From: Eledone cirrhosa | Lineage: Eukaryota | Reading direction: 5' to 3' | Assembly (NCBI GenBank): GCA_964016885.1 | Contig: OZ024759.1 | Span: 4,340,001 to 4,404,000 of the forward strand | DNA length: 64,000 bases | In this document: positions 37,465 through 50,454 of the stretch, one piece after another | How positions within the stretch are numbered: the first letter of the stretch is position 1 | Layout of the letters: each line of letters opens with the position of its first letter | The notes under the pieces: generated by a model | Database searches by the model: none | Seen by the model: the letters and a program-made list of their open reading frames with translations, nothing else | Told to the model about the DNA's origin: nothing | Position numbers and translations under genes: made by a program

Positions 37465-37727
37465 CAGGCATGGGCAACCTTTTTCGAGAAGCGGGCTGCA
37501 TGAGATATGGCTCATCATCAGGGAGGCCGCAAGCGCTAATTTACATTTGTGCCCACATTAAAAAAAAAGGGTGATAACTCAGGTTGTTTTGATTTGTTTC
37601 TTCAGAATTCGTACACGTTGTTTTCCTCAATCGTTAAAAATTATAGAAAGATAAATTACGACTGAAAAGTTGGGGTTTTAGGTGAGTCATTTAGAAAGCT
37701 TCGTGGGCCGCACGTTACCCATGACTG
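37465..37727. mobile_element. hAT-like MITE
   Basis: TIRs caggcatgggcaac / gttacccatgactg; 8-bp flanks cattaacc / ccttaatc (6/8 identical). Confidence 0.7.
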
Positions 37728-39199
37728 CCTTAATCTATTTAACATTTACATTACTGTGTTTAAGTGTGTGTGAGTGAGTGCATTTGTGTGTTTTAATGTG
37801 AGTGTGTTTGTGTGTTTTAGTGTGTGAGTACATTTGAGCATTTAAGAGTGTGAAAGAGTATGTGTGTGAGTGTGTTTGTGTGTTTTAGAGTGTGAGTGCA
37901 TGTGTGTGTTTATGTGTATGTGTGTGTGAACTCTTTTATTCACCTCTTACAATAGGAAAGGACACTGTGCCAGTTATTTTGTGTCTCAACTAATTGCAAC
38001 AAAGCTAATAAACTTTCATGCTCTATTTAACACTAACACAAGTGTAAATGGTGTTAAACTTACAATCATGTTCTGGGTTTCATTCTTGGACTGGGTTGTG
38101 TGTTATGTTCTTGAGCAAAACATTATACTCAGTATGTATGTATGGTCCTGTAACTCCTGACAGAGTCGTAGAGGTGCCGTATTAACAGACATCATTTCTT
38201 GGATATTTTAAGCCAGGCGGAGCCCATCCCTGTCCAGGCCTGAATACAGCAGATTTCTTCCAGAGAAAGATAGAAAGTGAGAGAGAGGAAATGAGAAAGA
38301 GATATAGAAGAAGAATCGACCCCAGTACTAGACTGGTACTTTTTTATTGACATCAAAAGGATGAAAGGCAAAGTTGACCTCAGCGGGATTTGAACTCAGA
38401 GAGCAGAGAGTCGGAACGAATACCACAAAGCATTCTATCTGATGTTCTAACGACTCTGCCAATTCACTGCCTATATACTCAGTATACTCAGTTGGAAATG
38501 AGTATCAACAATTGCTGGGGGGTTTTCTCTGCAATGGACTGGTGTCCTGTCCAGGTTGGAATTGTTTACTGTCAGTCACTTAACACCATGGAAACCAAGG
38601 TAAACCCTGGCCTGATTAGCATCCAGGCTTGAGACAGACTTTAGACTCAGAACAAGTAACAGCCAAATTATAGATTAGTATGATGAAAAGGAAAGGACAC
38701 ATTAAATAGTGTAGTCCTAGTTATGCAATGCCTGAGAGAAGGGTGGAATGTGCTTATCTCGGTTTCCATGGTGTGAAGCAACTGAGAGTACAGAATTCCA
38801 TCCTGCACAGGACACCTGTCCTGTGCAGGATGGAATTTAAAATCCCCCAGCAATTGCTGGTACTCATTTTCAACTGAGTATACTACGCAAGAATGTTTTG
38901 CTTAAGAACGCAATGCACAGCCAAGTCCAGGAATCAAACCCACAACATTATGATTGTAAATCCAACAGCTTTACCACTTGTGTTAGTGTTAGATAGAGAT
39001 GACAGTTCATTGATCTCATAACTAGTTTAAACTGTAAACAACTGACACAGTGTCCTTACATATTATAAAGAGGTGAATAAAAGATATTGAAAAAGATACT
39101 GTCAATTCACCAGCTTTTATTTTAATTTACAAATCTGCCCCCCCCCCCCCCCCCATAAAAAAAAGACACAATGGAAATTCGATATTTAGTTTTACTCAC

Positions 39200-39337
39200 C
39201 ATTTTGGCAGTTTCTTCCTTCAAAACCAGCAACACATCTTCCGTCAGAACATATTCCTGTCACTGAGTCACATTTGTTGCTGCCTACACAGTGACATATA
39301 CCTTCACAGTTGCTGCCAAATCTACCATTCTGGCAGA
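39200..39337 (-). CDS. EGF-like repeat exon 7 of 10
   Basis: tgaaag|...|gtgagt; VCQNGRFGSNCEGICHCVGSNKCDSVTGICSDGRCVAGFEGRNCQN. Confidence 0.9.
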
Positions 39338-39624
39338 CTTTCAAAGAAACAAAAACATTGTTTGTTAATAAAAAAAAAAGCAAACCCTTTTTGGTTCAGA
39401 AACTTCTGGCGGAATCCCAAAGTCTCATATTTTTATATGGTTTGAATATAAATATACTTCTCTACCTTTTTTTCATGGAACCCCAGACATTCCTTTGCAG
39501 AACCCTTGGGTTCCATGGATCCCACTTTGGGAATGACTAATAAAGAACAACCTAAAGTTTTGAGAGATAAAACAAGAATTCATATATGTTGCACAGAGTA
39601 ATTAGCTTCTTTCATTTCACTCAC

Positions 39625-39762
39625 CTGTTTGACAGTTGTTACCTTTATAGCCAGGTGTACACCCACCACTCGAACAGGTGCCAGATTTAGGGTTACACGT
39701 GCTATTGTCATAGCAGTGACAGCTATAGCTACAATCTTTACCAAACTTGCCACTGGAGCACT
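39625..39762 (-). CDS. EGF-like repeat exon 6 of 10
   Basis: tttcag|...|gtgagt; ECSSGKFGKDCSYSCHCYDNSTCNPKSGTCSSGGCTPGYKGNNCQT. Confidence 0.92.
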
Positions 39763-41354
39763 CTGAAATATAGAGCTATTATTTATTATTTATTCATGAG
39801 TGAATAAGAATTGTTTCGACTTTTGACACAAGGCCAGCAATTACCCCAGTGCATTACTGGTACTTTATTTTATCGACCCCGTAAGGACGAAAGGCAAAGT
39901 TAACCTTGGCGGGATTTGAACTCAGACCGTAAAGAACCGTAACTCTATGCTGCAAAGCATGGCATCCGACGCTCTACCGATACTGCCAATCCACCACCCT
40001 CGCGATTCAATAATAATTATTTCTACTTTTTGCACAAGGCTAGCAATTATCCCAGTGTATTACTGGTACTTTATTAGTAATACACTGGATAACAATAATG
40101 TTATAATAGTATTATAATATCATTAATATTCAGTTTGTTTGCCAGCAAACAGCCTCATAAACACCACGTGTGTTTTCTAGATGAACAATGTCATCCTTTT
40201 GTTGTAAAGGGGAAAGAAATGGGCAGAACTGTTGGAGTGTTTGTTGGATGAAATGCTTTGCAGAACTTCTGAGTTCTGAGTTCAAATCTTGCTCAGGTCA
40301 AACTTGAATGTCATTTTTACAAGCTTGATAAAATAATGTACCAGTTAAATACTGGGGTAGATATAATCAACTGACTTTCTCTTTACTCCAAAATTAAGAA
40401 ATCATTATTAACCCTTTACCATTCACATTACTCTATATATAATATTGTATTTTCATGGTAAAGGCTTTATCTCACATAATTATCTCACATAATATCGAAT
40501 CTATGAGATTTTGAAAGTATTTATTTTGAGAACAATACCTTCACATCAGTTTGAGCGACCAGTTACAGCCAATATCAACAGAAAGAGGTAGAGAATTCTG
40601 GCCGGTTTGAACACGAAAGGGTTAATTAAAAACATAGGTACATTTGTGCTTTACATAGTTTTGGCTTGGTTTTACTGGTTGGGTATTTCTCTTGCAACCA
40701 ACCACTTTACTGAGTGGCCTGGGTGCACCAGTTCTTGAGAGATTGTACTAATTAGGGTGGCACCAAGTGGATACAAAATGCGGGACGAAAAGAAGAGAGA
40801 GGAGTCAGTTGAAAATGTCTGAGTGGAGGTGGCATGAACCTAGAATACTCCGAGGAACAGAGTCCAATATAGTAGTGGTGGAAAGCAGGAGGAGAAGGCA
40901 CATGGGGAGAGTATCAGTGAAGAAGAGAAAAAATGGTGTATCCATTTGGTTTATAGTCAAGTTTTATTTTTTTTAAACAAGCACCTTTATAGGCTTAGTC
41001 GGCCTCCTATGAGGTTGTCACCCCATAGGAAGTATTCTGGGTGTTTCAATGGTAAGGACACCATGCCTATCATGTTGTTGTTACAGCTCACATTTATGTA
41101 GGTTTGGCTGGCCCCCTACAAGGATGCACTCCATGGGAAATATTCTGGGTGTTTTAATAATAAGGACCCCAGGCCTATCATGTTGTTACAGCTCTACCTA
41201 TGTAGGTTTAACTGGCCTCTGACAAAAATGCACCCCAAAGGAGCCTCGGTCTTTTCATGTCACTCTTTCCTTGGTAAGTTTGGAATCTCACTTTGAAGTG
41301 CCATGTGCTCACCTAGAAATACAAATAGCATAGAAGATCTACTGAATGACTCAC

Positions 41355-41492
41355 CTGTCTGACAATTGCTACCTTGATAGCCAGCTTCACAGCCACCACT
41401 GGAACATACACCTGTGATGGGGTCACACTTGCTGTTGTTGGCACGGTGACATAAGTTAATACAGTTGTCACCAAATTTACCACTTCTACACT
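41355..41492 (-). CDS. EGF-like repeat exon 5 of 10 (one Cys replaced by Arg)
   Basis: acccag|...|gtgagt; ECRSGKFGDNCINLCHRANNSKCDPITGVCSSGGCEAGYQGSNCQT. Confidence 0.88.
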
Positions 41493-41519
41493 CTGGGTAC
41501 ATTAAATATGAAGAATATA

Positions 41520-42590
41520 GAAGTTAGATGGAATGAGATGTGAAATGTATGTGATATACAATGTATGAGTTGTGAAATGTATGGGATGTGAAATGTATGG
41601 GATGTGAAATGTAGGAATATGAAATGTAGTGGGTGTGCAATGTAGGGATGTGAAATGTAGGGATGGGGAATGTAGGAGATGTGAAATGTAGGGATGAGGA
41701 ATGTAGGGATGAGGAATGTAGGAGATGTGAAATGTAAGGATGTGAAATGTAGGGATGAGGAATGTAGGAGATGTGAAATGTAGGAGATGTGAAATGTAGT
41801 AGATATGAAATGTAAGAGATGTGAAATGTAAGAGATGTGAAATGTAAGAGATGTGAAATGTCGGAGATGTGAAATGTAAGGATGTGAAATGTAGGAGATG
41901 TGAAATGTAGGAGATGTGAAATGTAGTAGATGTGAAATGTAGTAGATGTGAAATGTAAGAGATGTGAAATGTAAGAGATGTGAAATGTAAGAGATGTGAA
42001 ATGTAAGAGATATGAAATGTAAGAGATGTGAAATGTAGGAGATGTGAAATGAAAGGATGTGAAATGTAAGAGATGTGAAATGTAGGAGATGTGAAATGTA
42101 AGAGATGTGAAATGTAGGAGATGTGAAATGTAGGATATGTGAACTGTAAGGATGTGAAATGTAAGATATGTGAAATGTAAGAGATGTGAAATGTAGGAGA
42201 TGTGAAATGTAGGAGATGTGAAATGTAGGAGATGTGAAATGTAGGAGATGGAAATGTAAGGATGTGAAATGTAAGAGATGTGAAATGTAGGTGATGTGAA
42301 ATGTAGGAGATGTGAAATGTAGGAGATGTGAAATGTAAGAGATGTGAAATGTAGATGTGAAATGTAAGAGATGTGAAATGTAGGAGATGTGAAATGTAGA
42401 TGTGAAATGTAAGGGATGTGAAATGTAGGAGATGTGAAATGTAGGAGATGTGAAATGTAAGGATGTGAAAGGTAAGAGATGTGAAATGTAGGTGATGTGA
42501 AATGTAGGATATGTGAAATGTAAAGGTATGGATTGTATAATGTGAAATATAGATGTGAATTGTGTGAGATGTGAAATGTAGAGAATGTAC
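41520..42590. repeat. 15-16-bp minisatellite
   Basis: gatgtgaaatgta(g/a)ga repeats. Confidence 0.93.
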
Positions 42591-42642
42591 AAAAATAACA
42601 GTAAACATCAATAACAACAACAGCAACCATCATCAACAACAA

Positions 42643-42888
42643 TAGTGGTGGTGGTGGTGGTGGTGGTGGTAATGGAGGTGGTGGTGGTAGTGGTGGTGCT
42701 GGTAGTGGAGGTGGTGGTGGTAGTGGTGGTGGTGGTCGATGTGGTGGTGGCAGTGGTGGTGGTAGTGGTAGTGGTGGTGGTGGTGGTAGTGGTAGTGGTG
42801 GTGGTGGTGGTGGTAGTGGTAGTGGTGGTAGTGGTGTGGTAGTGGTGGTGGTATTAGTGGTGGTGGTGGGGGTAGTGGTGGTAGTGGT

Positions 42889-42919
<31 letters not shown>

Positions 42920-43890
42920 GTAGTGGTGGTGGTGGTGGTAGTGGTGGTGGTGGTGGTAGTGGTGGTAGTGGTGGTGGTGGTGGTGGTAGTGGTGGTGGTG
43001 GTGGTAGTTGAGGTGGTGGTGGTGGTAGTAGAGGTGGAGGTGGTGGTAGTGGTGGTGGTAGTGGTGGTAGTGGTGGTGGTAGTGGTGGTGGTGGTGGTGG
43101 TAGTGGTGGTGGTGTTGGTAGTGGAGGTGGTGGTGGTGGTAGTAGAGGTGGTGGTGGTGGAGGTGGAGGTGGTTGTGGTGGTGGTGGTGGTTGAGGTGGT
43201 AGTGGTGGTGGTGGTGGTGGTAGTGGTAGTGGTAGTGGTGGTGGAGGTGGTGGTGGTGGTGGTGGTAGCGGTGGTGGTGGTAGTGGTGGAGGTGGTGGTG
43301 GCGGTAGTGGTGGTGGTGGTGGTAGTGGTGGTGGTAGTGGTGGAGGTGGTGGTGGTGATGGAGGTGGTGGTGGTGTTAGTGGTGGTAGTGGTAGTGGTGG
43401 TAGTGGTGGTGGTGGTGGTGGTGGTAGTGGTGGTGGTGGTGGTGGTAGTGGTAGTGGTGGTGGTGATGGTGGTGGTAGTGATGGTGGTGGTAGTGGTTGT
43501 AGTAATGGCAGTGGTGGTAGTGGTGGTGGTAATGGCAGTGGTGGTAGTTGAGGTGATGGTGATGATGGTGGTGGTAGTGGTGGTGGTGGTCGATGTGGTG
43601 GTGGTGGTGGTGGCGGTAGTGATGGTGGTGGTAGTGGTTGTAGTAATGGCAGTGGTGGTAGTGGAGGTGGTGGTGATGGTGGTGGTGGTGGTGGTAGTGG
43701 TGGTGGTAGTGGTGGTGGTGGTGGTGGTAGTGGTGGTGGTAGTACAGAGTATGGTGGTGGTGGTGGTGGTGGTTGGTGGTGGTTGTGGAGGTGGTGGGGT
43801 TGTGGTGGTGGTTGCAGTGGGAGTTGTGGTGGTTGATAGTGATGTTGGGTAGTGGTTGCGGTTGTGGTTGTGGTAGTGGTGGTAGTAGTG
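42643..43890. repeat. (GGT)n/(ACC)n trinucleotide tract, ~1.25 kb
   Basis: Imperfect ggt/agt repeats that generate the spurious poly-Val/Thr/Pro/His ORFs. Confidence 0.95.
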
Positions 43891-43945
43891 ATGATGATGA
43901 TAATAACAATGATGATATTTATGATGATGATAGTACACCACTTAC

Positions 43946-44083
43946 CTGTCTGACAGTTGCCACCTTCATATCCAGGAGCACATCCTCCATTAGAGCAGCT
44001 ACCAGTCTGTGGCTTACATTTACTCTTGTCAGCACAATGACACATGTTTCGACAGTTTGGTCCAAATTTTCCTCTCTTACATC
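43946..44083 (-). CDS. EGF-like repeat exon 4 of 10
   Basis: ttgtag|...|gtaagt; GCKRGKFGPNCRNMCHCADKSKCKPQTGSCSNGGCAPGYEGGNCQT. Confidence 0.92.
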
Positions 44084-45446
44084 CTACAAATCAATCAATA
44101 ACAAATATATATTTTGGTGTGTATTTGTGTGGCCTTGTGGTAAGGGTGTTGGACTTACAATCATAATGTCGTGAGTTCTATTCCTCAACTAGGTTGTGTG
44201 TTGTGTTCTTGAGCAAAAGTATTTCCATTCATGTTGCTCCAGTATAATAATAATTGTTTCTACTTTTGACACAAGGCCAGCAATTACCCAGTACATTACT
44301 GGTACTTTATTTTATCGACCCCGTAAGGATGAAAGGCAAAGTTAACCTTGGTGGGATTTGAACTCGGATCATAAAGGGACGTAACTCTATGCTTCAAAGC
44401 ATGGCGTCCGACTCTCTACCAATACTGACAATCCACCGCTCCAGTATAATAATAATAATAGTGAAATTATTGTGTACAGTGCTCAGGTGCACTATAACTC
44501 ATCAAAGGTGCATGTAAAGCACATAGAATAATGAACAAATGTCAGGAAAATGAACAGTGTATGAGTCATGATAAACATATGTACGTGTGTATGGAGGAGG
44601 GATATCAGGTGTAGTGTTGGCGAATTTCAGGAAGCTTGGAGATCAGTGCCAGTAATAGCTGGTGATTTAACCTTGGGATGGACTGGTGCCCTGTCCAGGG
44701 GAAGTTTTGTATTTTAAGTCACTTCATGCCATAGATAGCACTGGCCTGATGACCCTCAGCACTCGAGACACACTTTAGACATTTTTTTGTTTTTGTATAT
44801 TCAACAGCCCAGTCCTTCTAACTGTCGGTAGGTATCACACTGAGCAGAGTCCACTGTATTCCCCACACCTGGACAGGATGCTAGTCCATTGCATGGTATT
44901 TCACTGCTATATTATTCTATCTACTCCAAAAGTATGACAGAAAAAGTTGATTTTGGTGGGATTTGAATACCGTTTTAAAAAAGAACTCAAAATCACAACC
45001 CATTAAAACCTTTAGAATTTAAACCGGCCACAATTCTCTCACTTCTTTATGTTCAAACCAGCCATAACTGGCTGCTCATACTTATGTTAAGGTATTGTTC
45101 TCAAAATAAATAATATCAAAATCTCATAGATTTGATATTATGTGAGATAATTATATGAGATAAAGCCTTTACTGTGAAAATATAATAGTGTATATGAAGT
45201 AGTGTAAATGCTAAAGGGTTAATCTGTAACTCTACTGCCCCTGCTACTCACATCTTCCTCATGATGAACATTTAACATTCACTTCCCCTGTAACCAAGAG
45301 TGGGATGTGTCAACAGAGACCGACTCAGAACTTAATCGGAGCTACTGACCTCTCAGATGTTACTGGATACATTTCATCATGACTGAAGAGGACATTCATC
45401 CATTTGTCTGGTAGATTTTCTAAAGAAATAGAACTACAAAAGAGCA

Positions 45447-47262
45447 CACACGTGTCTGACAGGTGCTACCTTATAACCAGGACCACACCATCTACTGTAA
45501 CACACCTGTCTGACAGATGATACCTTATAACCAGGACCACACCATCTACTGTAACACACCTGTCTGACAGGTGCTACCTTATAACCAGGACTACACTATC
45601 TACTGTAACACACTTGTCTGATAGATGATACCTTATAACCAGGACAACACCATCTACTGTAACACACCTGTCTGACAGGTGCTACCTTATAACCAGGATC
45701 ACACCATCTACTGTAACACACCTGTCTGACAGCTGCTACCTTATAACCAGGACCACACCTTCTACTGTAACACACCTGTCTGATAGATGATACCTTATAA
45801 CCAGGACCACACCATCTACTGTAACACACCTGTCTGACAGCTGCTACCTTATAACCAGGACTACACTATCTACTGTAACACACTTGTCTGATAGATGATA
45901 CCTTATAACCAGGACCACACCATCTACTGTAACACACCTGTCTGACAGCTGCTACCTTATAACCAGGACCACACCATCTACTGTAACACAACTGTCTGAC
46001 AGGTACTACCATATAACCAGGACCACACCATCTACTGTAACACACCTGTCTGACAGCTGCTACCTTATAACCAGGACCACACCATCTACTGTAACACAAC
46101 TGTCTGACAGGTGCTACCTTATAACCAGGACCACAACATCTACTGTAACACACCTGTCTGACAGGTGCTACCTTATAACCAGGATCACACCATCTACTGT
46201 AACACACCTGTCTGACAGCTGCTACCATATAACCAGGACCACACCATCTACTGTAACACACCTGTCTGACAGGTGCTACATTATAACCAGGACCACACCA
46301 TCTACTGTAACACACGTGTCTGACAGGTGCTACCTTATAACCAGGACCACACCATCTACTGTAACACACCTGTCTGACAGGTGCTACTTTATAACCAGGA
46401 CCACACCATCTACTGTAACACACCTGTCTGACAGCTGCTACCTTATAACCAGGACCACACCATCTACTGTAACACACCTGTCTGACAGGTGCTACCTTAT
46501 AACCAGGACTTCACCATCTACTGTAACACACCTGTCTGACAGGTGCTACCTTATAACCAGGACCACACCATCTACTGTAACACACCTGTCTGATAGATGA
46601 TACCTTATAACCAGGATCACACCATCTACTGTAACACACGTGTCTGACAGGTGCTACCTTATAACCAGGACCACACCATCTACTGTAACACACCTGTCTG
46701 ACAGGTGCTACCTTATAACCAGGACCACACCATCTACTGTAACACACCTGTCTGACAGGTGCTACCTTATAACCAGGACTTCACCATCTACTGTAACACA
46801 CCTGTCTGACAGGTGCTACTTTATAACCAGGACCACACCATCTACTGTAACACACCTGTCTGACAGCTGCTACCTTATAACCAGGACCACACCATCTACT
46901 GTAACACACCTGTCTGACAGGTGCTACCTTATAACCAGGACTTCACCATCTACTGTAACATACCTGTCTGACAGGTGCTACCTTATAACCAGGACCACAC
47001 CATCTACTGTAACACACCTGTCTGATAGATGATACCTTATAACCAGGATCACACCATCTACTGTAACACACGTGTCTGACAGCTGCTACCTTATAACCAG
47101 GACCACACCATCTACTGTAACACACCTGTCTGACAGGTGCTACCTTATAACCAGGACTTCACCATCTACTGTAACACACTTGTCTGACAGGTGCTACCTT
47201 ATAACCAGGCCACACCATGTACTGTAACACACCTGTCTGATAGATGATACCTTATAACCAGG
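45447..47262. repeat. 54-bp minisatellite (~33 copies) derived from the 3' half of an EGF exon
   Basis: Unit cacacctgtctgacaggtgctaccttataaccaggaccacaccatctactgtaa; its reverse complement aligns to the exon segment encoding TGVCSSGGCAAGYEGSNCQ. Confidence 0.92.
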
Positions 47263-47351
47263 AACACACCTTCCACTGGAACACACACCTGTCTCTGTCT
47301 TACACCTACTATCATCTTGACTAAATATATTAAGTAGCAAACAAAGCTTAC

Positions 47352-47489
47352 CTGTCTGACAGTTGCTACTTTCATAACCAGCAGTACATCCTCCTCTAGA
47401 ACACACACCTGTCTGTTTGTTACATTTACTGTTGTCAACACAGTGACATGTGTTGCCACAGTTGGCTCCAAATTTTCCATTTCTACAGA
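47352..47489 (-). CDS. EGF-like repeat exon 3 of 10
   Basis: ccacag|...|gtaagc; VCRNGKFGANCGNTCHCVDNSKCNKQTGVCSRGGCTAGYESSNCQT. Confidence 0.92.
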
Positions 47490-47749
47490 CTGTGGAAATA
47501 AAAATATGAGAACAATGACAATAACAACAACATATAACACTATACAAGATAATGCTTTCTGATTTAGGCACAAGGCCAGCAATTTTAGGGGAGGAGAAAA
47601 TCAATTAAATCGACCCCAGTGTGTGACTGGTACTTCATTTTATCAACCCTGTTGGGATGAAAGGGATAGCTACCACAATTCTATCATCTATATTATAGCG
47701 TTGTCATCTATACTATATCTATATCATCTGAACTATATTTGTATCATCT

Positions 47750-50278
47750 TAATTTCCATGTTTCTAACACCCATGGATATGCCTACAAAGTCAGAAAACA
47801 GCACAGCTCCCATGACTTTCGGAAACATTTTTTCAAGCTCCGAGTTGCTGAAGCATGGAACAAACTACCTGCATCAGTTGTTAGCTGTCGAGACACTACA
47901 TCCTTTAAAACCTCCATGGAACAAACTACCTGCATCAGTTGTTAGCTGTCGAGACACTACATCCTTTAAAACCTCCATGGAACAAACTACTTGGATCAGT
48001 TGTTCGCTGTCGAGACACTACATCCTTTAAAACCTCCATGGAACAAACTACCTGCATCAGTTGTTAGCTGTCGAGACACTGCATCCTTTAAAACCTCCAT
48101 GGAACAAACTACCTGCATCAGTTGTTAGCTGTCGAGACAGTACATCCTCTAAAACCTCCATGGAACAAACTACCTGCATCAGTTGTTAGCTGTCGAGACA
48201 CATCCTTTAAAACCTCCATGGAACAAACTACCTGCATCAGTTGTTAGCTGTCTAGACACTACATCCTTTAAAACCTCCATGGAACAAACTACCTGCATCA
48301 GTTGTTAGCTGTCGAGACACTACATCCTTTAAAACCTCCATGGAACAAACTACCTGCATCAGTTGTTAGCTGTCGAGACACTACATCCTTTAAAACCTCC
48401 ATGGAACAAACTACCTGCATCAGTTGTTAGCTGTCGAGACACTCCATCCTTTAAAACCTCCATGGAACAAACTACCTGCATCAGTTGTTAGCTGTCGAGA
48501 CACTGCATCCTTTAAAACCTCCATGGAACAAACTACCTGCATCAGTTGTTAGCTGTCGAGACACTACATCCTTTAAAACCTCCATGGAACAAACTACCTG
48601 CATCAGTTGTTAGCTGTCGAGACACTACATCCTTTAAAACCTCCATGGAACAAACTACTTGCATCAGTTGTTAGCTGTTGAGACACTACATCCTTTAAAA
48701 CCTCCATGGAACAAACTACCTGCATCAGTTGTTAGCTGTCGAGACACATCCTTTAAAACCTCCATGGAACAAACTACTTGCATCAGTTGTTAGCTGTCGA
48801 GACACTACATCCTTTAAAACCTCCATGGAACAAACTACCTGCATTAGTTGTTAGCTGTCGAGACACTATATCCTTTAAAACCTCCATGGAACAAACTACC
48901 TGCATCAGTTGTTAGCTGTCGAGACACTGCATCCTTTAAAACCTCCATGGAACAAACTACCTGCATCAGTTGTTAGCTGTCGAGACACATCCTTTAAAAC
49001 CTCCATGGAACAAACTACTTGCATCAGTTGTTAGCTGTCGAGACACTACATCCTTTAAAACCTCCATGGAACAAACTACCTGCATTAGTTGTTAGCTGTC
49101 GAGACACTACATCCTTTAAAACCTCCATGGAAGAAACTACCTGCATCAGTTGTTAGCTGTCGAAATACTACATCCTTTAAAACCTCCATGGAACAAACTA
49201 CTTGCATCAGTTGTTAGCTGTCGAGACACTACATCCTTTAAAACCTCCATGGAACAAACTACCTGCATTAGTTGTTAGCTGTCGAGACACTACATCCTTT
49301 AAAACCTCCATGGAACAAACTACCTGCATCAGTTGTTAGCTGTCGAGACACTACATCCTTTAAAACCTCCATGGAACAAACTACCTGCATCAGTTGTTAG
49401 CTGTCGAGATACATCCTTTAAAACCTCCATGGAACAAACTACTTGCATCAGTTGTTAGCTGTTGAGACACTACATCCTTTAAAACCTCCATGGAACAAAC
49501 TACCTGCATCAGTTGTTAGCTGTCGAAACACTACATCCTTTAAAACCTCCATGGAACAAACTACTTGCATCAGTTGTTAGCTGTTGAGACACTACATCCT
49601 TTAAAACCTCCATGGAACAAACTACTTGCATCAGTTGTTAGCTGTCGAGACACTACATCCTTTAAAACCTCCATGGAACAAACTTCCTGCATCAGTTGTT
49701 AGCTGCCGAGACACTGCATCCTTTAAAACCTCCATGGAACAAACTCCCTGAATCAGTTGTTAGCTGTCGAGACACATCCTTTAAAACCTCCATGGAACAA
49801 ACTCCCTGCATCAGTTGTTAGCTGTCGAGACACTACATCCTTTACAACCTCCATGGAACAAACTCCCTGCATCAGTTGTTAGCTGTCGAGACACTACATC
49901 CTTTACAACCTCCATGGAACAAACTACCTGCATCAGTTGTTAGCTGTCGAGACACATCCTTTACAACCTCCATGGAACAAACTACCTGCATCAGTTGTTA
50001 GCTGTCGAGACACTACATCCTTTACAACCTCCATGGAACAAACTCCCTGCATCAGTTGTTAGCTGTCGAGACACTACATCCTTTAAAACCTCTATGCTTC
50101 CTGAGATTCGTCAACGCTGCACCTGATGTCCCCCCCTTCCATACACACGCACACATGTATTTCATGACTCATACACTGTTCCTTTTCTTGACATTTAAAC
50201 ATTATTCTATGTACTATACATGCACCTTTGATGAGTTGTAGTGCACCTGAGCATTGTACACAATAATTTCATTATTAT
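47750..50278 (+). mobile_element. CR1-like LINE 3' end internally expanded by a satellite
   Basis: HGYAYKVRKQHSSHDFRKHFFKLRVAEAWNKLPASVV (CR1 ORF2 C-terminus-like) precedes the array. The normal 3' UTR and (att)n tail follow it, matching 36720-36895. Confidence 0.8.
47854..50092. repeat. 61-bp minisatellite (~37 copies, some 58-bp variants)
   Basis: Unit catggaacaaactacctgcatcagttgttagctgtcgagacactacatcctttaaaacctc. Confidence 0.95.
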
Positions 50279-50454
50279 ATTATTTTATACTCCAGTGGTA
50301 TGACCTAAACTATATATAATCCATACTATATCTATACAATCTATATGATTTCCGTAACATCGATATTATGTCTATATACTTGCCGATTCTCTACACTCCA
50401 TACCAATGTTATACTATATATTCATGTGGCTATGATATCCCCTTTATATTGTAA

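Noticed and set aside
41020-41236. Two ~118-bp diverged tandem copies
   Set aside because: An ordinary local duplication with no recognisable motif.
41486-43941. Long ORFs (368-805 aa) of poly-Thr/Val/His and HFTS repeats as a mucin gene
   Set aside because: They are open in several frames on both strands because they are (ACC)n and 16-bp satellites. They lie inside an EGF intron and show no splice or domain evidence.
45596-47125. Cys-rich repeat ORFs (CYSRWCGPGYKVAPVRQV) as a real protein
   Set aside because: These are frameshifted translations of the exon-derived satellite, repeatedly broken by indels and stops.
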